Source: Candidatus Thorarchaeota archaeon (lineage in GTDB: Archaea > Asgardarchaeota > Thorarchaeia > Thorarchaeales > Thorarchaeaceae). Taken from it: 64,000 nucleotides of DNA. Below are positions 1 to 10,650 of this stretch, one piece after another. Every line of letters starts with the position of its first letter. The stretch's first letter is position 1. The stretch is from positions 12,699 through 76,698 of the forward strand of contig SOKL01000115.1 in NCBI GenBank assembly GCA_004376265.1, written 5' to 3'. The translations under genes and the position numbers were made by a program. The notes beneath the pieces are model-generated. The model saw only the letters and a list, made by a program, of their open reading frames with translations, did not search any database and was not told the origin of the DNA.

Positions 1-1
1 G

Positions 2-2071
2 ACTGCAGCAATTGCGTGGCCAGCTTACCAAGGAGATAAGGGAAGAGAAATCATTCGGATGGATGGAAGAATTCGTAGAAATGCAGGTGTGAGTCTCAGT
101 GAGAAAGTAACTGTAACAAGGGCGAATGAAGAGCCTGCAAAGAACGTCACTCTTGCCCCAACTTCAGTTCCAATCCGTCCTGAGCCGAGATTTGAGGAGT
201 TTGTGAAGAGAAAACTCCTGAACTGTCCCGTGACTACTCAAGATACTGTGTTCATTCCGATTCTAGGTAGAGCTATTCCATTCAAAGTAACGTCTATCAA
301 ACCAGCTGGAACTGTCGTGGTTCAGCATTCAACTATTCTCGCCATCGCAGAGAAACCAACTGGAGATATTATTGGTGCAGCACAGGTGACCTATGAGGAA
401 ATAGGAGGATGTTCTGACGCAATCCAGCGAATCAGAGAGATGGTAGAACTCCCAATGAAACATCCAGAGATTTTCAAAAGATTAGGTATTGATCCACCTC
501 GAGGTCTTATTCTTCATGGACCACCAGGAACAGGAAAGACACTCATTGCAAAAGCTGTTGCTGGAGAATCTGAGGCAAACTTCGTACACATTAACGGCCC
601 AGAGATTATGTCTAAATTCTATGGTGAGTCAGAACAGAAACTTAGGAAGATCTTCGAAGAAGCTGAAGAGAACGCGCCAAGTATCATATTCATTGACGAG
701 CTAGATGCAATCGCACCAAAAAGAGAGGACGTACAGGGAGAAGTAGAGAGACGTGTCGTTGCACAACTTCTAGCCACAATGGACGGATTAAAGGTCAGAG
801 GTCAAGTTGTCGTGATTGGCGCGACTAACCGTATTAACGCCCTAGATCCAGCGCTCAGACGCCCAGGTAGATTTGATAGAGAACTTGAGATTGGCGTTCC
901 TGATGAAACAGGCCGACTTGAGGTCCTCCACATTCATTCAAGAGGCATGCCTTTAACTTCAGAGGGCGAGGGGAAAGTTGATCTCCAACACTTTGCAAAG
1001 ATCACACATGGATTTGTGGGTGCGGATTTGAATGCACTCTGCAGAGAAGCAGCTATGAAGGCACTTAGGAGATACCTTCCTCAAATCAATCTAGCAGATG
1101 AGGAAATTCCTCAGGAGGTTCTAGATGAACTTGAAGTGCATAATGGTGACTTCTTAGAGGCGTTGAAAGAAGTTCAACCATCAGCAGTGCGAGAGGTCTT
1201 TATTGAGGTCCCAGATGTGAAATGGAGCGATATCGGGGGACTGGAAGAAGCTAAACAAGAACTCAAAGAAGTCGTTGAATGGCCACTCAAGAAACCAGAA
1301 TCATTTCGTAGATTGGGCATCACTCCACCAAAAGGTGTCCTTGTATTTGGTCCTCCAGGCTGTGGTAAGACGCTACTTGCACGGGCAGTTGCAACAGAGA
1401 GTGAAGCGAACTTCATTAGTGTCAAAGGTCCCGAATTAATATCGAAATGGGTAGGAGAGAGTGAAAAGGCCGTTCGAGAAGTATTCAGAAAGGCCAGGAC
1501 AGCAGCTCCAGCAATCATATTCTTTGATGAGATTGATGCACTTGCTCCAACTCGAGGTTCGGGTGGCGATGGTCCTGGAGGCGTTCACGACCAGAGAGTG
1601 ATCAGCCAACTTCTTACTGAGATGGATGGTTTAGAATCAATGAAGGACATCGTGGTCATTGCAGCCACGAACAGACCTGAACTTATCGACAAGGCCCTTT
1701 TGCGAACTGGTAGATTTGATAGATTCGTCTATGTTGATGCTCCTGATGCAGACAGTAGAAAGGCAATATTCGAAATCTACACAGAGGGGATGCCACTTGA
1801 TGACGATGTGATGAAGCAATTGAACAAACTTGTCGAACTTACAGAGAATTATGTTGGTGGAGATATCGAGGCAATCTGCCGTGAGGCTGGGATGAGAGCA
1901 TTACGAGAAAACATGGACACTGAGAAAGTAGCATGGAAACATTTCGAAGAGGCCATCGAATCTGTGCATGCTTCAGTGACCAAAGAGATGCTTGATCGAT
2001 ATCGAAAGATGAACCAGACTCTCCGTAGAACAACTGAAGGGGACACTGTAGTCCGTTCAATGTATAGCTAA
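2..2071 (+). CDS. cdc48: CDC48/VCP-like double AAA+ ATPase (5' end truncated by window edge)
   Basis: Two AAA modules are present: Walker A GPPGTGKT and GPPGCGKT, Walker B IIFIDELD and IIFFDEID. The frame is open back to nt 2, and the residues before the listed Met (..[22 protein letters not shown]) match the CDC48 N-domain. Confidence 0.95.
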   Translation, partial: TAAIAWPAYQGDKGREIIRMDGRIRRNAGVSLSEKVTVTRANEEPAKNVTLAPTSVPIRPEPRFEEFVKRKLLNCPVTTQDTVFIPILGRAIPFKVTSIKPAGTVVVQHSTILAIAEKPTGDIIGAAQVTYEEIGGCSDAIQRIREMVELPMKHPEIFKRLGIDPPRGLILHGPPGTGKTLIAKAVAGESEANFVHINGPEIMSKFYGESEQKLRKIFEEAEENAPSIIFIDELDAIAPKREDVQGEVERRVVAQLLATMDGLKVRGQVVVIGATNRINALDPALRRPGRFDRELEIGVPDETGRLEVLHIHSRGMPLTSEGEGKVDLQHFAKITHGFVGADLNALCREAAMKALRRYLPQINLADEEIPQEVLDELEVHNGDFLEALKEVQPSAVREVFIEVPDVKWSDIGGLEEAKQELKEVVEWPLKKPESFRRLGITPPKGVLVFGPPGCGKTLLARAVATESEANFISVKGPELISKWVGESEKAVREVFRKARTAAPAIIFFDEIDALAPTRGSGGDGPGGVHDQRVISQLLTEMDGLESMKDIVVIAATNRPELIDKALLRTGRFDRFVYVDAPDADSRKAIFEIYTEGMPLDDDVMKQLNKLVELTENYVGGDIEAICREAGMRALRENMDTEKVAWKHFEEAIESVHASVTKEMLDRYRKMNQTLRRTTEGDTVVRSMYS

Positions 2072-2079
2072 ATGATAAG

Positions 2080-2349
2080 GTGAGTACAATGGCACCATGG
2101 AACTCTATGCCTATGCCAAACTTGGTCGTAGCAATAGTCAAGAAACGACGCGGCGTCATCCTTGATGACGAACTTATCAGAGCCTTGAAGAAAGAACTTG
2201 GAATTGAACCTAGTGAGGCTGAATTGAATGCGGCCCTACTTAAACTTGAGATAAACGGACTAGTTCATGTAAGTCAAATCACAAAGTCAAAACGTCGAAT
2301 CGAGGTAATTTCTGATGAACATACATTCCTCGCAGTCGATGAGGACTAG
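2080..2349 (+). CDS. small hypothetical protein, possibly winged-helix-like
   Basis: An 89-codon ORF (GTG start) lies 8 nt after cdc48 on the same strand, with coding-like composition. No motif was recognised. Confidence 0.4.
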   Translation: MSTMAPWNSMPMPNLVVAIVKKRRGVILDDELIRALKKELGIEPSEAELNAALLKLEINGLVHVSQITKSKRRIEVISDEHTFLAVDED

Positions 2350-2376
2350 TTGACAGAATCCATAGGAGTAAACCCG

Positions 2377-2838
2377 ATGACTGGGAAGAGAATCTTAGCA
2401 GCGGGAAAGTTCGACATCCTTCATCTTGGTCACATCGCCTATCTCGAACAAGCAAAGGAGCTTGCTGGAGAAGAAGGGGAATTAGTTGTTGTCCTAGCAC
2501 TCGATAAGACAATTGAGAGGGAGAGAGGTGCTCCACCGGTTTTCCCTCAAGAACAGAGACGGAAGATAGTAGAGTCTTTAGTTTTTGTTGACAAGGCAAT
2601 CATTGGACTTGATACTAATGATCATACTATCATTGTGGAGCAAATCAAACCGGATATCATTGCTCTTGGATTTGATCAGTATACCGATGCCCGTGCTCTC
2701 GAGAACCTTTTTGTGGAGAAGGGTTTGAACACAAAGATTGTGCGATTGGAGAAACGTGATGCGGATGGACTTTGTTCATCAACTCTAATCAGAAAGAGAA
2801 TAATCGACTACTATAGAGAGAATGGAAGACCACTCTAG
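2377..2838 (+). CDS. ribL: cytidylyltransferase-family nucleotidyltransferase, RibL-like FAD synthase
   Basis: AAGKFDILHLGHIAYLEQAKELAG carries the HxGH nucleotidyltransferase motif. At about 150 aa it is typical of archaeal RibL. ATG 2377 fits the family N-terminus better than TTG 2350. Confidence 0.6.
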   Translation: MTGKRILAAGKFDILHLGHIAYLEQAKELAGEEGELVVVLALDKTIERERGAPPVFPQEQRRKIVESLVFVDKAIIGLDTNDHTIIVEQIKPDIIALGFDQYTDARALENLFVEKGLNTKIVRLEKRDADGLCSSTLIRKRIIDYYRENGRPL

Positions 2839-2841
2839 TTG

Positions 2842-4209
2842 TTAGATTAGCAGTTCACCCCTTGCTTCAGCTTCGCGATTAATCGCGGATCTTTTCTCTG
2901 AACGTTCAAACTCCCATTTCCAAATCTTGTATGCTACAGCTGTTAGGAAGCCAATAAGGAATAGCCCTATCAGAGTTATCCACCATTGTAGAGGAAAATG
3001 TTCAAGGAAGTCAGGTAAAGGATATGCAATGAAATAAGGCCAATTACAGAGAATACCAAACGCATACAGAAGACCCACAACAGTGATTTGTTTCATATAT
3101 CCTATTGCATGTTTGTCTTTGTCAAAAAGAACCACGACTATACCAAGCCAGTATAGATACCAAGGCATGACCCATCGGAAAACAAAGAGTACTCCAGGAA
3201 GTAGATAGAGGTAGAAAGGTTTGAGCTCTAGAAGCTTCAGCCGTATAGATTTCCCTTCGAAATCACTTTTTGCAGGGAGGTATGCTCGTATGGTATATAG
3301 CATGAAGAAAACGTAGATGACTAGTGGAATCAGAGCAGGAAACCACGTGTGGAAAGTCACCGGATCAGTGACAAACTCAGGGGTGCCAATAGCTAAACCT
3401 GGATACAAGGGATTGACTATATAGGAACTATATTCCGATGTGTTGAATATATGTGAAAACAGTGAATCAAAACTGGCTCCGAAGAATGTTGGAATCACAG
3501 TCACACCCAGCGATAGTATGAACCAAATGGCTGAAACGGGGTTTCCAAGAAAGAATACAGGAAACGCTACTACAGGGTAAATCTTTGTCTGTACTCCCAG
3601 TCCAAGCGCGAACATAGCCTTGCCATGCTGTTTTTCTCTCCATAAGACAAATGACATCAAAAGCAAACAATCTACTAACGGTTCTAGCTTGCCTCCTCCA
3701 GCAGACATGATGATACCATAGATGAAATAACCTCCAAAGAACATCCTCGCCCAAAACTCAGTTTTTATCTTGTCACGTAATAGAATCGCAAGCAACACTA
3801 GGTTTAGATTGAAGACTAGGACTAGTATGAAATTGAGCCACAATTGCTGTAATCCACCGGCCCCTGGGAATATCCACGTAGCTATCGCGAAGAAGAATAG
3901 TCCAAATATGGGGTACTCGTAATTCACATTTGTAAGATAGTCGGGTAATGTATGCTCGCCGTCATCAAAGTTCCACTCTGGATGAATTTCAGTAATCCGT
4001 TCAACCAGGTAGGTATCATTCATCTGATAGATATCAAAACCGAATATCCAGAAAGCTTCACCATACATCTCGTTCCGGTTTCGGTCTCGTTGGATGACAA
4101 GAATATCAGCAAGGGGTATTGCGATCAGTGAGATTACTAGACTAAGTACTAGATACTTGCGGTATTCATAGATGCTTAGGCTAATTGCAGACAGCATTAC
4201 ACGTGCCAA
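2842..4209 (-). CDS. polytopic membrane protein, possible GT-C-type glycosyltransferase
   Basis: 455 aa with more than 10 predicted hydrophobic helices rich in aromatic residues. It neighbours sugar-modifying genes. No catalytic motif was confirmed. Confidence 0.55.
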   Translation of the reverse strand: MARVMLSAISLSIYEYRKYLVLSLVISLIAIPLADILVIQRDRNRNEMYGEAFWIFGFDIYQMNDTYLVERITEIHPEWNFDDGEHTLPDYLTNVNYEYPIFGLFFFAIATWIFPGAGGLQQLWLNFILVLVFNLNLVLLAILLRDKIKTEFWARMFFGGYFIYGIIMSAGGGKLEPLVDCLLLMSFVLWREKQHGKAMFALGLGVQTKIYPVVAFPVFFLGNPVSAIWFILSLGVTVIPTFFGASFDSLFSHIFNTSEYSSYIVNPLYPGLAIGTPEFVTDPVTFHTWFPALIPLVIYVFFMLYTIRAYLPAKSDFEGKSIRLKLLELKPFYLYLLPGVLFVFRWVMPWYLYWLGIVVVLFDKDKHAIGYMKQITVVGLLYAFGILCNWPYFIAYPLPDFLEHFPLQWWITLIGLFLIGFLTAVAYKIWKWEFERSEKRSAINREAEARGELLI

Positions 4210-4250
4210 CCAAGTCAGTGGGTGGATACGTGGTAAATAACCTTTGCTGG

Positions 4251-5804
4251 ATGATGCAGGGCAATGGTAATATAGGTAAACGAGAAGTCGACTTTCAACT
4301 CACCAGTATCTCACAGGAAGAGGAGGAATTGAACTTGGAAGAGTTCATCAAAAACAGCAGGTCATATGCGATTGCCGCTTGGATTCTGATTCCTGTTGTC
4401 ACACTTGTTTTCGAGTATTTTTGGACAATGCTGTTTGGTCTCAGCTTGTACGTGTTGAGGAATCTCATCTTGTTCATCATGGTACTAGTAGTCATCAATC
4501 TCTCCTTCAAGACATTCGTCCCGAGGTATAAGAGAGGAAGGATGTTGAGTGTTGGTCTGGTTTGGCTCATACTCTTCATTGTCTTTGATGTTCTATATCA
4601 CACCTATCTGCTGTCGATTGGGATAGACGCACTCCTGATTGACTACAATTTGTTCATAGGTGGACTTCGAGGACTCATTTTACTAGCAGTATTCCTTGGA
4701 CCGTTCTTCATGGTGAGATCTCGCATAGGAGATCCCGACCTCTTCGGTATGCCCATTGGTAAGATGGCAACAATTGGTTTACTGCCTTCTAGTCTGAAGA
4801 TTGCCTATTACAGGAGAAAGGGTGCCGAGATTGGAGAAGGGGTATCCATTGGGCCTCTGGCGATACTGGATTGTAAGAAAATAGTGATTGGTGATCATGC
4901 ACAAATTGGAATGGCCTGCATGATTCGCGCTAATGAGTTCACAATGGGTCGTTATTCAACTCTTGGAATGCTAGTGATAATAGACACTCATAAAGTAGTC
5001 ATCGGCGAAGAAGTGACAATTCAGGAGCAAGTGTATATTGGAGGTCTGAAGACAGACAAATCTGAAATTGAGATTGGTGATCTATCAATGATCTTCGCTC
5101 AGAGTGTCATCAATCCAACTCATCCGATTAAGATTGGAAAGAGGGTGGGAATAGGAGGTTCAAACTTCCTCTTCACACATGGAACTTGGCAACCAATACT
5201 CGAGGGTTTTCCTGTAGCATTTGGTCCGATTACAATCGAGGACGGAGTGTGGTTCCCCTGGCGTGTCTTTGTGCTTCCCAATGTCCACATCGGGAAAGAA
5301 GCCACAATAGGAGCAGGATCTGTAATTAACCGTGATGTTCCCGCCCGTAGTCTAGCTGTTGGAATACCGGCGAAAGTTGTTAGAAAGGATAAAGAGTACA
5401 TCAAGAGATACTCTGATACTGAGAAACGAGACATCCTAAGAAATATGCTAACTGAGTTTATAGCATATCTCCGAATCGAGGATTGGAAAATTGATGACCC
5501 GGATCTTCTAGAAGACAGTGCAAGTGCCACGTTTCGTACTCCAAGAGGGCCTTCATCAAAAGAAGACAACCAATTGATTTTCCTTTTCGAGAACACTACG
5601 AGCGCATGGGAAAAGGTCAATCAAAGAGCTTTCGTAATAACTCTCTTTGCTCTGGAAGAGCAAAAGGCAACCGAGCTGGAGCAAGTTGGCTCTTGGTGGT
5701 TTGACTTGGTAAATAGTACCTGGGGAGGAAAACGGACTAAAGTCAGCCTAGTCGTAAACGGTTGGCTCTCTCGATACGGACATTGGATGAAGTATACCTC
5801 CTAA
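4251..5804 (+). CDS. membrane-anchored hexapeptide-repeat (left-handed beta-helix) acyltransferase
   Basis: An N-terminal block of about 4 TM helices is followed by LbH repeats (IGEGVSIGPLAILD.., IGDHAQIGMACMI, IGEEVTIQEQVYIGG, IGKRVGIGGSN, IGKEATIGAGSVI). The start was moved to Met 4251 to avoid a 25-nt divergent overlap; this start is uncertain. Confidence 0.7.
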   Translation: MMQGNGNIGKREVDFQLTSISQEEEELNLEEFIKNSRSYAIAAWILIPVVTLVFEYFWTMLFGLSLYVLRNLILFIMVLVVINLSFKTFVPRYKRGRMLSVGLVWLILFIVFDVLYHTYLLSIGIDALLIDYNLFIGGLRGLILLAVFLGPFFMVRSRIGDPDLFGMPIGKMATIGLLPSSLKIAYYRRKGAEIGEGVSIGPLAILDCKKIVIGDHAQIGMACMIRANEFTMGRYSTLGMLVIIDTHKVVIGEEVTIQEQVYIGGLKTDKSEIEIGDLSMIFAQSVINPTHPIKIGKRVGIGGSNFLFTHGTWQPILEGFPVAFGPITIEDGVWFPWRVFVLPNVHIGKEATIGAGSVINRDVPARSLAVGIPAKVVRKDKEYIKRYSDTEKRDILRNMLTEFIAYLRIEDWKIDDPDLLEDSASATFRTPRGPSSKEDNQLIFLFENTTSAWEKVNQRAFVITLFALEEQKATELEQVGSWWFDLVNSTWGGKRTKVSLVVNGWLSRYGHWMKYTS

Positions 5805-5815
5805 TACGGTGACTT

Positions 5816-6850
5816 GTGGTGAAGGTTTCAAAGAGCGATTTCTATAGGAATGAGATGGATATCAAGTATGAACCACCTGCAGCAATGCAGTTTGGTATCA
5901 ATCTGAAATTGATAGAATACATTCCTTATCAGATTCGAAACTCCTTTGTTTCAATGCTCTCTCTGTTTAGACAAAAGTCATCCTCAGAATCTGAGAGGAG
6001 AAAATTTCCAATAGATGATTTGGCTGATAGACTGGATCCCTCAACTGACGAGAAGAGGGAGTTCTGGCAGAAGGACTTTGGAGTCATCATGACTCATGAC
6101 GTAGATACTAGAATCGGGTATGAATATGGGATGTCCAAATTTGTTGATATGGAAAGAGCGGAGGATTTGGTGTCCACTTTCAACATTGTCGCAGAATCGT
6201 TTGAATACGATATTTCCGAAGATTTCATAAAATCACTGGTTAGAGATGGCTTCGATTTTGGCATGCATGGACTTCATCATGATGGGAAGTTTGCATTCCT
6301 ACCGGTTTCTGAACAAAGAAAGAGAATAGAGGATTCTGCAACACGAGGGAGAGAATTAGGACTTCCTTCACTCGGATACCGTGCTCCGATGCTTCACAGA
6401 ACAAAGCTCATGATACGACATCTCACAGAGGCGGGATATGATTGGGATTCGTCATTCCCAGATACGGATGACTCCACGATTGGATATGAATCAACAGGAA
6501 GTCGGACCATCTTTCCATTTTATCCATTATTCCGTGTGGGAGAGGATTGGCAACAGAGCCCTGTTCTTGAGATTCCGGTGTCAATGCCGCAAGACTGGAC
6601 TTTGCTCTACTATTACAGACTCTCCGAAGAGAGTATGCTTCGAGTTTGGAAGAAGAAAATGGACTACATCAAATCAAAGGGGGGACTTGCTGTCTTCATC
6701 ATCCACCCCGATCCAGAGGATTTTGGCCATCCCAAATACCACAATTCATACAGGTCACTACTCAACATTATCAAGAAGGCGGACCCTGAGATCCTGACGT
6801 GTAGTGAGCTAACAAAACGTTGGAAAAAGAAATTTCCTCCACCTACGTGA
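5816..6850 (+). CDS. polysaccharide deacetylase-like protein
   Basis: MTHDVDT and GMHGLHHDG resemble the metal-binding Asp/His motifs of the carbohydrate-esterase (deacetylase) fold. The call is tentative. Confidence 0.5.
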   Translation: MVKVSKSDFYRNEMDIKYEPPAAMQFGINLKLIEYIPYQIRNSFVSMLSLFRQKSSSESERRKFPIDDLADRLDPSTDEKREFWQKDFGVIMTHDVDTRIGYEYGMSKFVDMERAEDLVSTFNIVAESFEYDISEDFIKSLVRDGFDFGMHGLHHDGKFAFLPVSEQRKRIEDSATRGRELGLPSLGYRAPMLHRTKLMIRHLTEAGYDWDSSFPDTDDSTIGYESTGSRTIFPFYPLFRVGEDWQQSPVLEIPVSMPQDWTLLYYYRLSEESMLRVWKKKMDYIKSKGGLAVFIIHPDPEDFGHPKYHNSYRSLLNIIKKADPEILTCSELTKRWKKKFPPPT

Positions 6851-8651
6851 GATAAGTAGGGCAAGGCCATGAGTCACATTTGAGACAGTTTGTGCACTTC
6901 TCTTCATCGACTGATATCTTACTTTCAACATGATTCAATGCACCATGTTCGCACTGTGGAACGCAAGATCCACATGCTTGGCAGAATAGTGCTCGTTTGA
7001 GAGCTCGTTCCATCTGACTGACGAGCATATCAACTGATTTTTCATTCTCACCACGGACTACTACCGACCCTGAGCTGAAAAGTGCGATGCTGTTCTCACC
7101 AACTGTAGTTCTCAATGCTCCGAGTTCTTCGGACAGGCGAGTCTTACCAAATATTGGGAATACCTTAGATACTCTGTTCAGGTCAATCCCTGAAGAGAAA
7201 GCGCCTTCTAGACTGAAGCCTGATTTGACACATGGTGAGACTCCTTTTGTTACTGATAGATTCAATGTCTGACCTGGACTTGGTCTGACATGGTCGATAG
7301 CCAGACCTAGTTTGTTTACCAACTCCATCTGGCCTTTAGGCAGGTTTTTCCATCTCCAAAAGCCCATGTTGACCCATTCATCAGGGAATCCATACTTTTC
7401 TGCCCATTCGTGCATTGTTGACTCCCATTGTCTATGGAGGTCGGGATGAGTTTCTCGTAGACTTTCGAGTTCAGCTAATGGTGAAGATGGACATAGATAG
7501 CATCCCATTCTATGGTACCCTCGATTGTACAATGGGTTGTAGACTTCTTTCTTTTGGAAGATATAGAGCCAAACTTCGAGTGCGTTCCAATTCTGTATTG
7601 GATTTGCAGATGTCTGACCTGGAACCCATGGATTTTCTGTAACTCTCGGTTCAATAGATCGTTGGAAAGACTCCAATTTCCTCTGTCCCATGAAGCTCAG
7701 ACTCTCTCCTCCCATCTCATCAGCAATTGAAGTGGCAGCAGGACCAAGCTTCAGAACCTTACAGCACCACCTGAAGTCTCGTGCTGGAGGTCCAAATGTA
7801 TCAATGGATTCCCAGAATCTATCACCAGCTCTCTGTCCGATGATCTTGACTTCACGAGATTCTGCAAAGTTCTCAATGTGTTCGATGGTTTCGGGTAGTT
7901 CTATTCCAGTGTCCATAAAGAAGATTGGCGGACTCTCTTCAAGTGATCTCTCTACAACTAAATAGGTGGCCAAAGAGTCCTTTCCACCGCTGAAGGCCAC
8001 AACTACGGGGAGATCATCTTGTTTAGCAACAGTTCTCTTAACAAAAGAAACGGCTTCTCCTTCAATCTTCTCGAGATCCGTTTCATTAGCTTGAACAGCA
8101 TCTTGCCAGGTAGCTTTCTTGTTGTTTTCTAAGGAACCCGTTGGATCAGCAACTGCACGAATTTTAACTGCAAAACCCTTCGGTTCGTTGGCCATTTCAA
8201 CACCAGTCATCCTAGATATTCCTGCAGCAACGACTTGTCCATCTGAATTGACAACCCAGACCTCATCGTTTACATTAATTCCAGAGTCGCATCCCTGAAC
8301 ACCAGGAACCATGAGATTTGCGCCATCTTTAAGATATTTTAAAACCCCATCGTGTAAAGACACCCATTTTTGTTTGCTGACGACACCAATTCTTCGTGCG
8401 CCCTCAAGAGAGAGAATGAATGTGTAACCACGTTTGGGAATGTCGAATCTGAGACGACCCACTATAAAACCATCAACAATGATCTCATACATTGCGTCAA
8501 GTGCTGAAACCTTATTTATCACAACAACCTTTTCTGGCGGAAGAAGGACCTTTCCCACACCTGTTCCAAATTGAGCATCAACTGCATTGATTGCTCTGAT
8601 TAGATGACCTTCCATCCCAGGAAATGCATCACCAGGTGGGGATAGATCCAC
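6843..8651 (-). CDS. PUA-domain / PAPS-reductase-like PP-loop ATPase with C-terminal 2x[4Fe-4S] ferredoxin-like domain
   Basis: PP-loop VVAFSGGKDSLATY is present, with an N-terminal PUA-like segment. The C-terminus carries CQACGSCVPQC and CTNCLKCDSWPC cysteine clusters. The frame stays open upstream to 8837 and encodes a CxxC..CxxC zinc ribbon (see findings). Confidence 0.8.
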   Translation of the reverse strand: MDLSPPGDAFPGMEGHLIRAINAVDAQFGTGVGKVLLPPEKVVVINKVSALDAMYEIIVDGFIVGRLRFDIPKRGYTFILSLEGARRIGVVSKQKWVSLHDGVLKYLKDGANLMVPGVQGCDSGINVNDEVWVVNSDGQVVAAGISRMTGVEMANEPKGFAVKIRAVADPTGSLENNKKATWQDAVQANETDLEKIEGEAVSFVKRTVAKQDDLPVVVAFSGGKDSLATYLVVERSLEESPPIFFMDTGIELPETIEHIENFAESREVKIIGQRAGDRFWESIDTFGPPARDFRWCCKVLKLGPAATSIADEMGGESLSFMGQRKLESFQRSIEPRVTENPWVPGQTSANPIQNWNALEVWLYIFQKKEVYNPLYNRGYHRMGCYLCPSSPLAELESLRETHPDLHRQWESTMHEWAEKYGFPDEWVNMGFWRWKNLPKGQMELVNKLGLAIDHVRPSPGQTLNLSVTKGVSPCVKSGFSLEGAFSSGIDLNRVSKVFPIFGKTRLSEELGALRTTVGENSIALFSSGSVVVRGENEKSVDMLVSQMERALKRALFCQACGSCVPQCEHGALNHVESKISVDEEKCTNCLKCDSWPCPTYLT

Positions 8652-8855
8652 CTTTCTAGGTTTAGTTCCGCATGTATCACATTCTGTGTCAGCTATTCTT
8701 GGAACATTGCATGTGTCACACCAAAAAAATCGTATTTTGCCGAGATATGGGGCATGGCCTCTTCGAAATTTCCCACGTCTGCGTTTTCCTCTGGCCAGCT
8801 GAGTACATCTCCGAAAGTTCTGGTCTGGCCATCTACATTAGCTATTTCCCTGTTG

Positions 8856-10637
8856 TTATAGGGCTAATTTCTTCAGAGTGTCTTTAGTGGGTTGACCTTT
8901 CGTATCCCAACCTCGGAGAGAATAATATTCCGGAATCATCACATCAAGGTGGACTACACGTTTTCTCGATCCACCTTCAGGTAGTGGTTTGAAGAACCTA
9001 GGCGGAAGTGTGTCATCCTCTGCGGTGAAACCTTCTCGTAGGTTGAATAAACGCTCTAGATTGTAGATACGTTCTCCTATACGAAGTATGTCACGACCAT
9101 CGATTTGAAGTCCCGTTCCAGCTGCAAGCATTTCGGCATAATCATCTACTGTCCAAGCAAAGTTTGTGAACCTGCATACAACCATAGAGTCCATTGCTGC
9201 AGACAGGTCTTGATAGAGCATGACAAGGTCTGCTTTTCCTTTAGGACTGTCGCGGTCAATGAGGACAGGTGATCCTAGTACTTCTGGACCAATTAGGTAA
9301 GACCTAAGGTGACATCCACCCCGATTTGATGTTGCATACCCTAGAGCGTGGCCTTGAGCTCCTCGCGGATCATACGCTGGAATCTCAAGTCCTTTCACTT
9401 GCATCGCGAGTTCTGGTGCACCATAACGCTCAGTAAATCTCTTTGAACCCTCCCCCATCTCTGCACCAAGACCTCGAGCATGTGCAATGTCATCAATGAT
9501 CTCAAGCACTCCCGTTGTATCACCGAATTTCAGGGGAGCATCTAGCTTGCCAATTTGTACTAGTTCCATAGCTGCTCCAATTGTACTTCCTACAGAGATT
9601 GTATCAAGTCCAAGTAGATTACACTGATTATTGGCAATAGCAATAAATTCCAAGTCGTTAATTCCACATTGAGGACCAAGAGACCAAATCGTTTCGTATT
9701 CAGGACCGCCAACCTTCTTTCCTTTGATCAGACTGACACGACCGCAACCAATGGGACAGCCATGGCAGTTGTATGTACCAGCAGAGAATCGTTCGAGTAG
9801 CTTCTCGCCTGAAACTCCCTCTGCATCATTGAATGTACCTTCTTGAAAATTAAAAGTAGGAAGCATTCCAAGCTCATTTGCAACATTGACGAGGACCGGT
9901 GTACCATAGACAGGTAATGACTTGTCCGTCACCCCATTCCTCTTGAGAAGTCTGCGGGCTCTTTCCACTGCTAGTTTTAACCGGTCAGGATCATGAACAC
10001 CCACGTCGCCAGTCCCTCGTGCGACAATCGCCTTCAGGTTCTTTGAACCCATTACAGCTCCAACACCTCCACGACCAGCTGCTCTATGCTTGTCAGTCAT
10101 GATTGCTGCCATGAGTCCTAGATTTTCTCCTCCAGGACCGATACAAGCGACTTGAGCTTTCGGATCTGTATCTTCAATGAGACCGTCAGTTGTTTCAGTA
10201 GTATCTTTTCCCCAGTACTTTGATGCATCTCGAATCTCCACTTGGCTATCATTGATCCAAAGATAAACCTGAGATGGTGACTTTCCATGAAAGACAACTG
10301 CAGCGAGTCCAGCACGTCGTAATTGTGGAGCAAAATAACCTCCAGCGTGAGAATCAAATATTGTACCAGTTTGAGGGGATTTGGTGATAACTACGAATCT
10401 TCCTGCAGTTGGTACACTGGTGGCTGTAGATGGTCCTACAGCAAACACAAGTAAATTATCTGGTGAGAGGGGATCGATACTTGGAGCCAAGCTATCATAT
10501 AGCAGTTTGACACCTAGACCGCGTCCTCCAATGTATTTCTCATAAAGCTCGGTTGGTATAGGTTCCCTATGCACACGCCCATCAGTTAGTGAAACATGAA
10601 GAATTTCAGCATTATCATAGAGTGAAGACTTTGACAA
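8856..10637 (-). CDS. aor: aldehyde:ferredoxin oxidoreductase family (tungstopterin enzyme)
   Basis: N-terminus ..LHVSLTDG..YIGGRGLGVKLLYD, Fe-S ligand motif CHGCPIGCGR, and a length of about 590 aa. TTG start with GGAGGT 8 nt upstream. Confidence 0.92.
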   Translation of the reverse strand: MSKSSLYDNAEILHVSLTDGRVHREPIPTELYEKYIGGRGLGVKLLYDSLAPSIDPLSPDNLLVFAVGPSTATSVPTAGRFVVITKSPQTGTIFDSHAGGYFAPQLRRAGLAAVVFHGKSPSQVYLWINDSQVEIRDASKYWGKDTTETTDGLIEDTDPKAQVACIGPGGENLGLMAAIMTDKHRAAGRGGVGAVMGSKNLKAIVARGTGDVGVHDPDRLKLAVERARRLLKRNGVTDKSLPVYGTPVLVNVANELGMLPTFNFQEGTFNDAEGVSGEKLLERFSAGTYNCHGCPIGCGRVSLIKGKKVGGPEYETIWSLGPQCGINDLEFIAIANNQCNLLGLDTISVGSTIGAAMELVQIGKLDAPLKFGDTTGVLEIIDDIAHARGLGAEMGEGSKRFTERYGAPELAMQVKGLEIPAYDPRGAQGHALGYATSNRGGCHLRSYLIGPEVLGSPVLIDRDSPKGKADLVMLYQDLSAAMDSMVVCRFTNFAWTVDDYAEMLAAGTGLQIDGRDILRIGERIYNLERLFNLREGFTAEDDTLPPRFFKPLPEGGSRKRVVHLDVMIPEYYSLRGWDTKGQPTKDTLKKLAL

Positions 10638-10644
10638 TATTCAT

Positions 10645-10650
10645 ACCTCC
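10645..10650 (-). promoter_or_regulatory. Shine-Dalgarno-like GGAGGT upstream of aor, overlapping the deoC stop
   Basis: The reverse complement of acctcc lies 8 nt upstream of the aor TTG start. This suggests translational coupling between deoC and aor. Confidence 0.5.
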
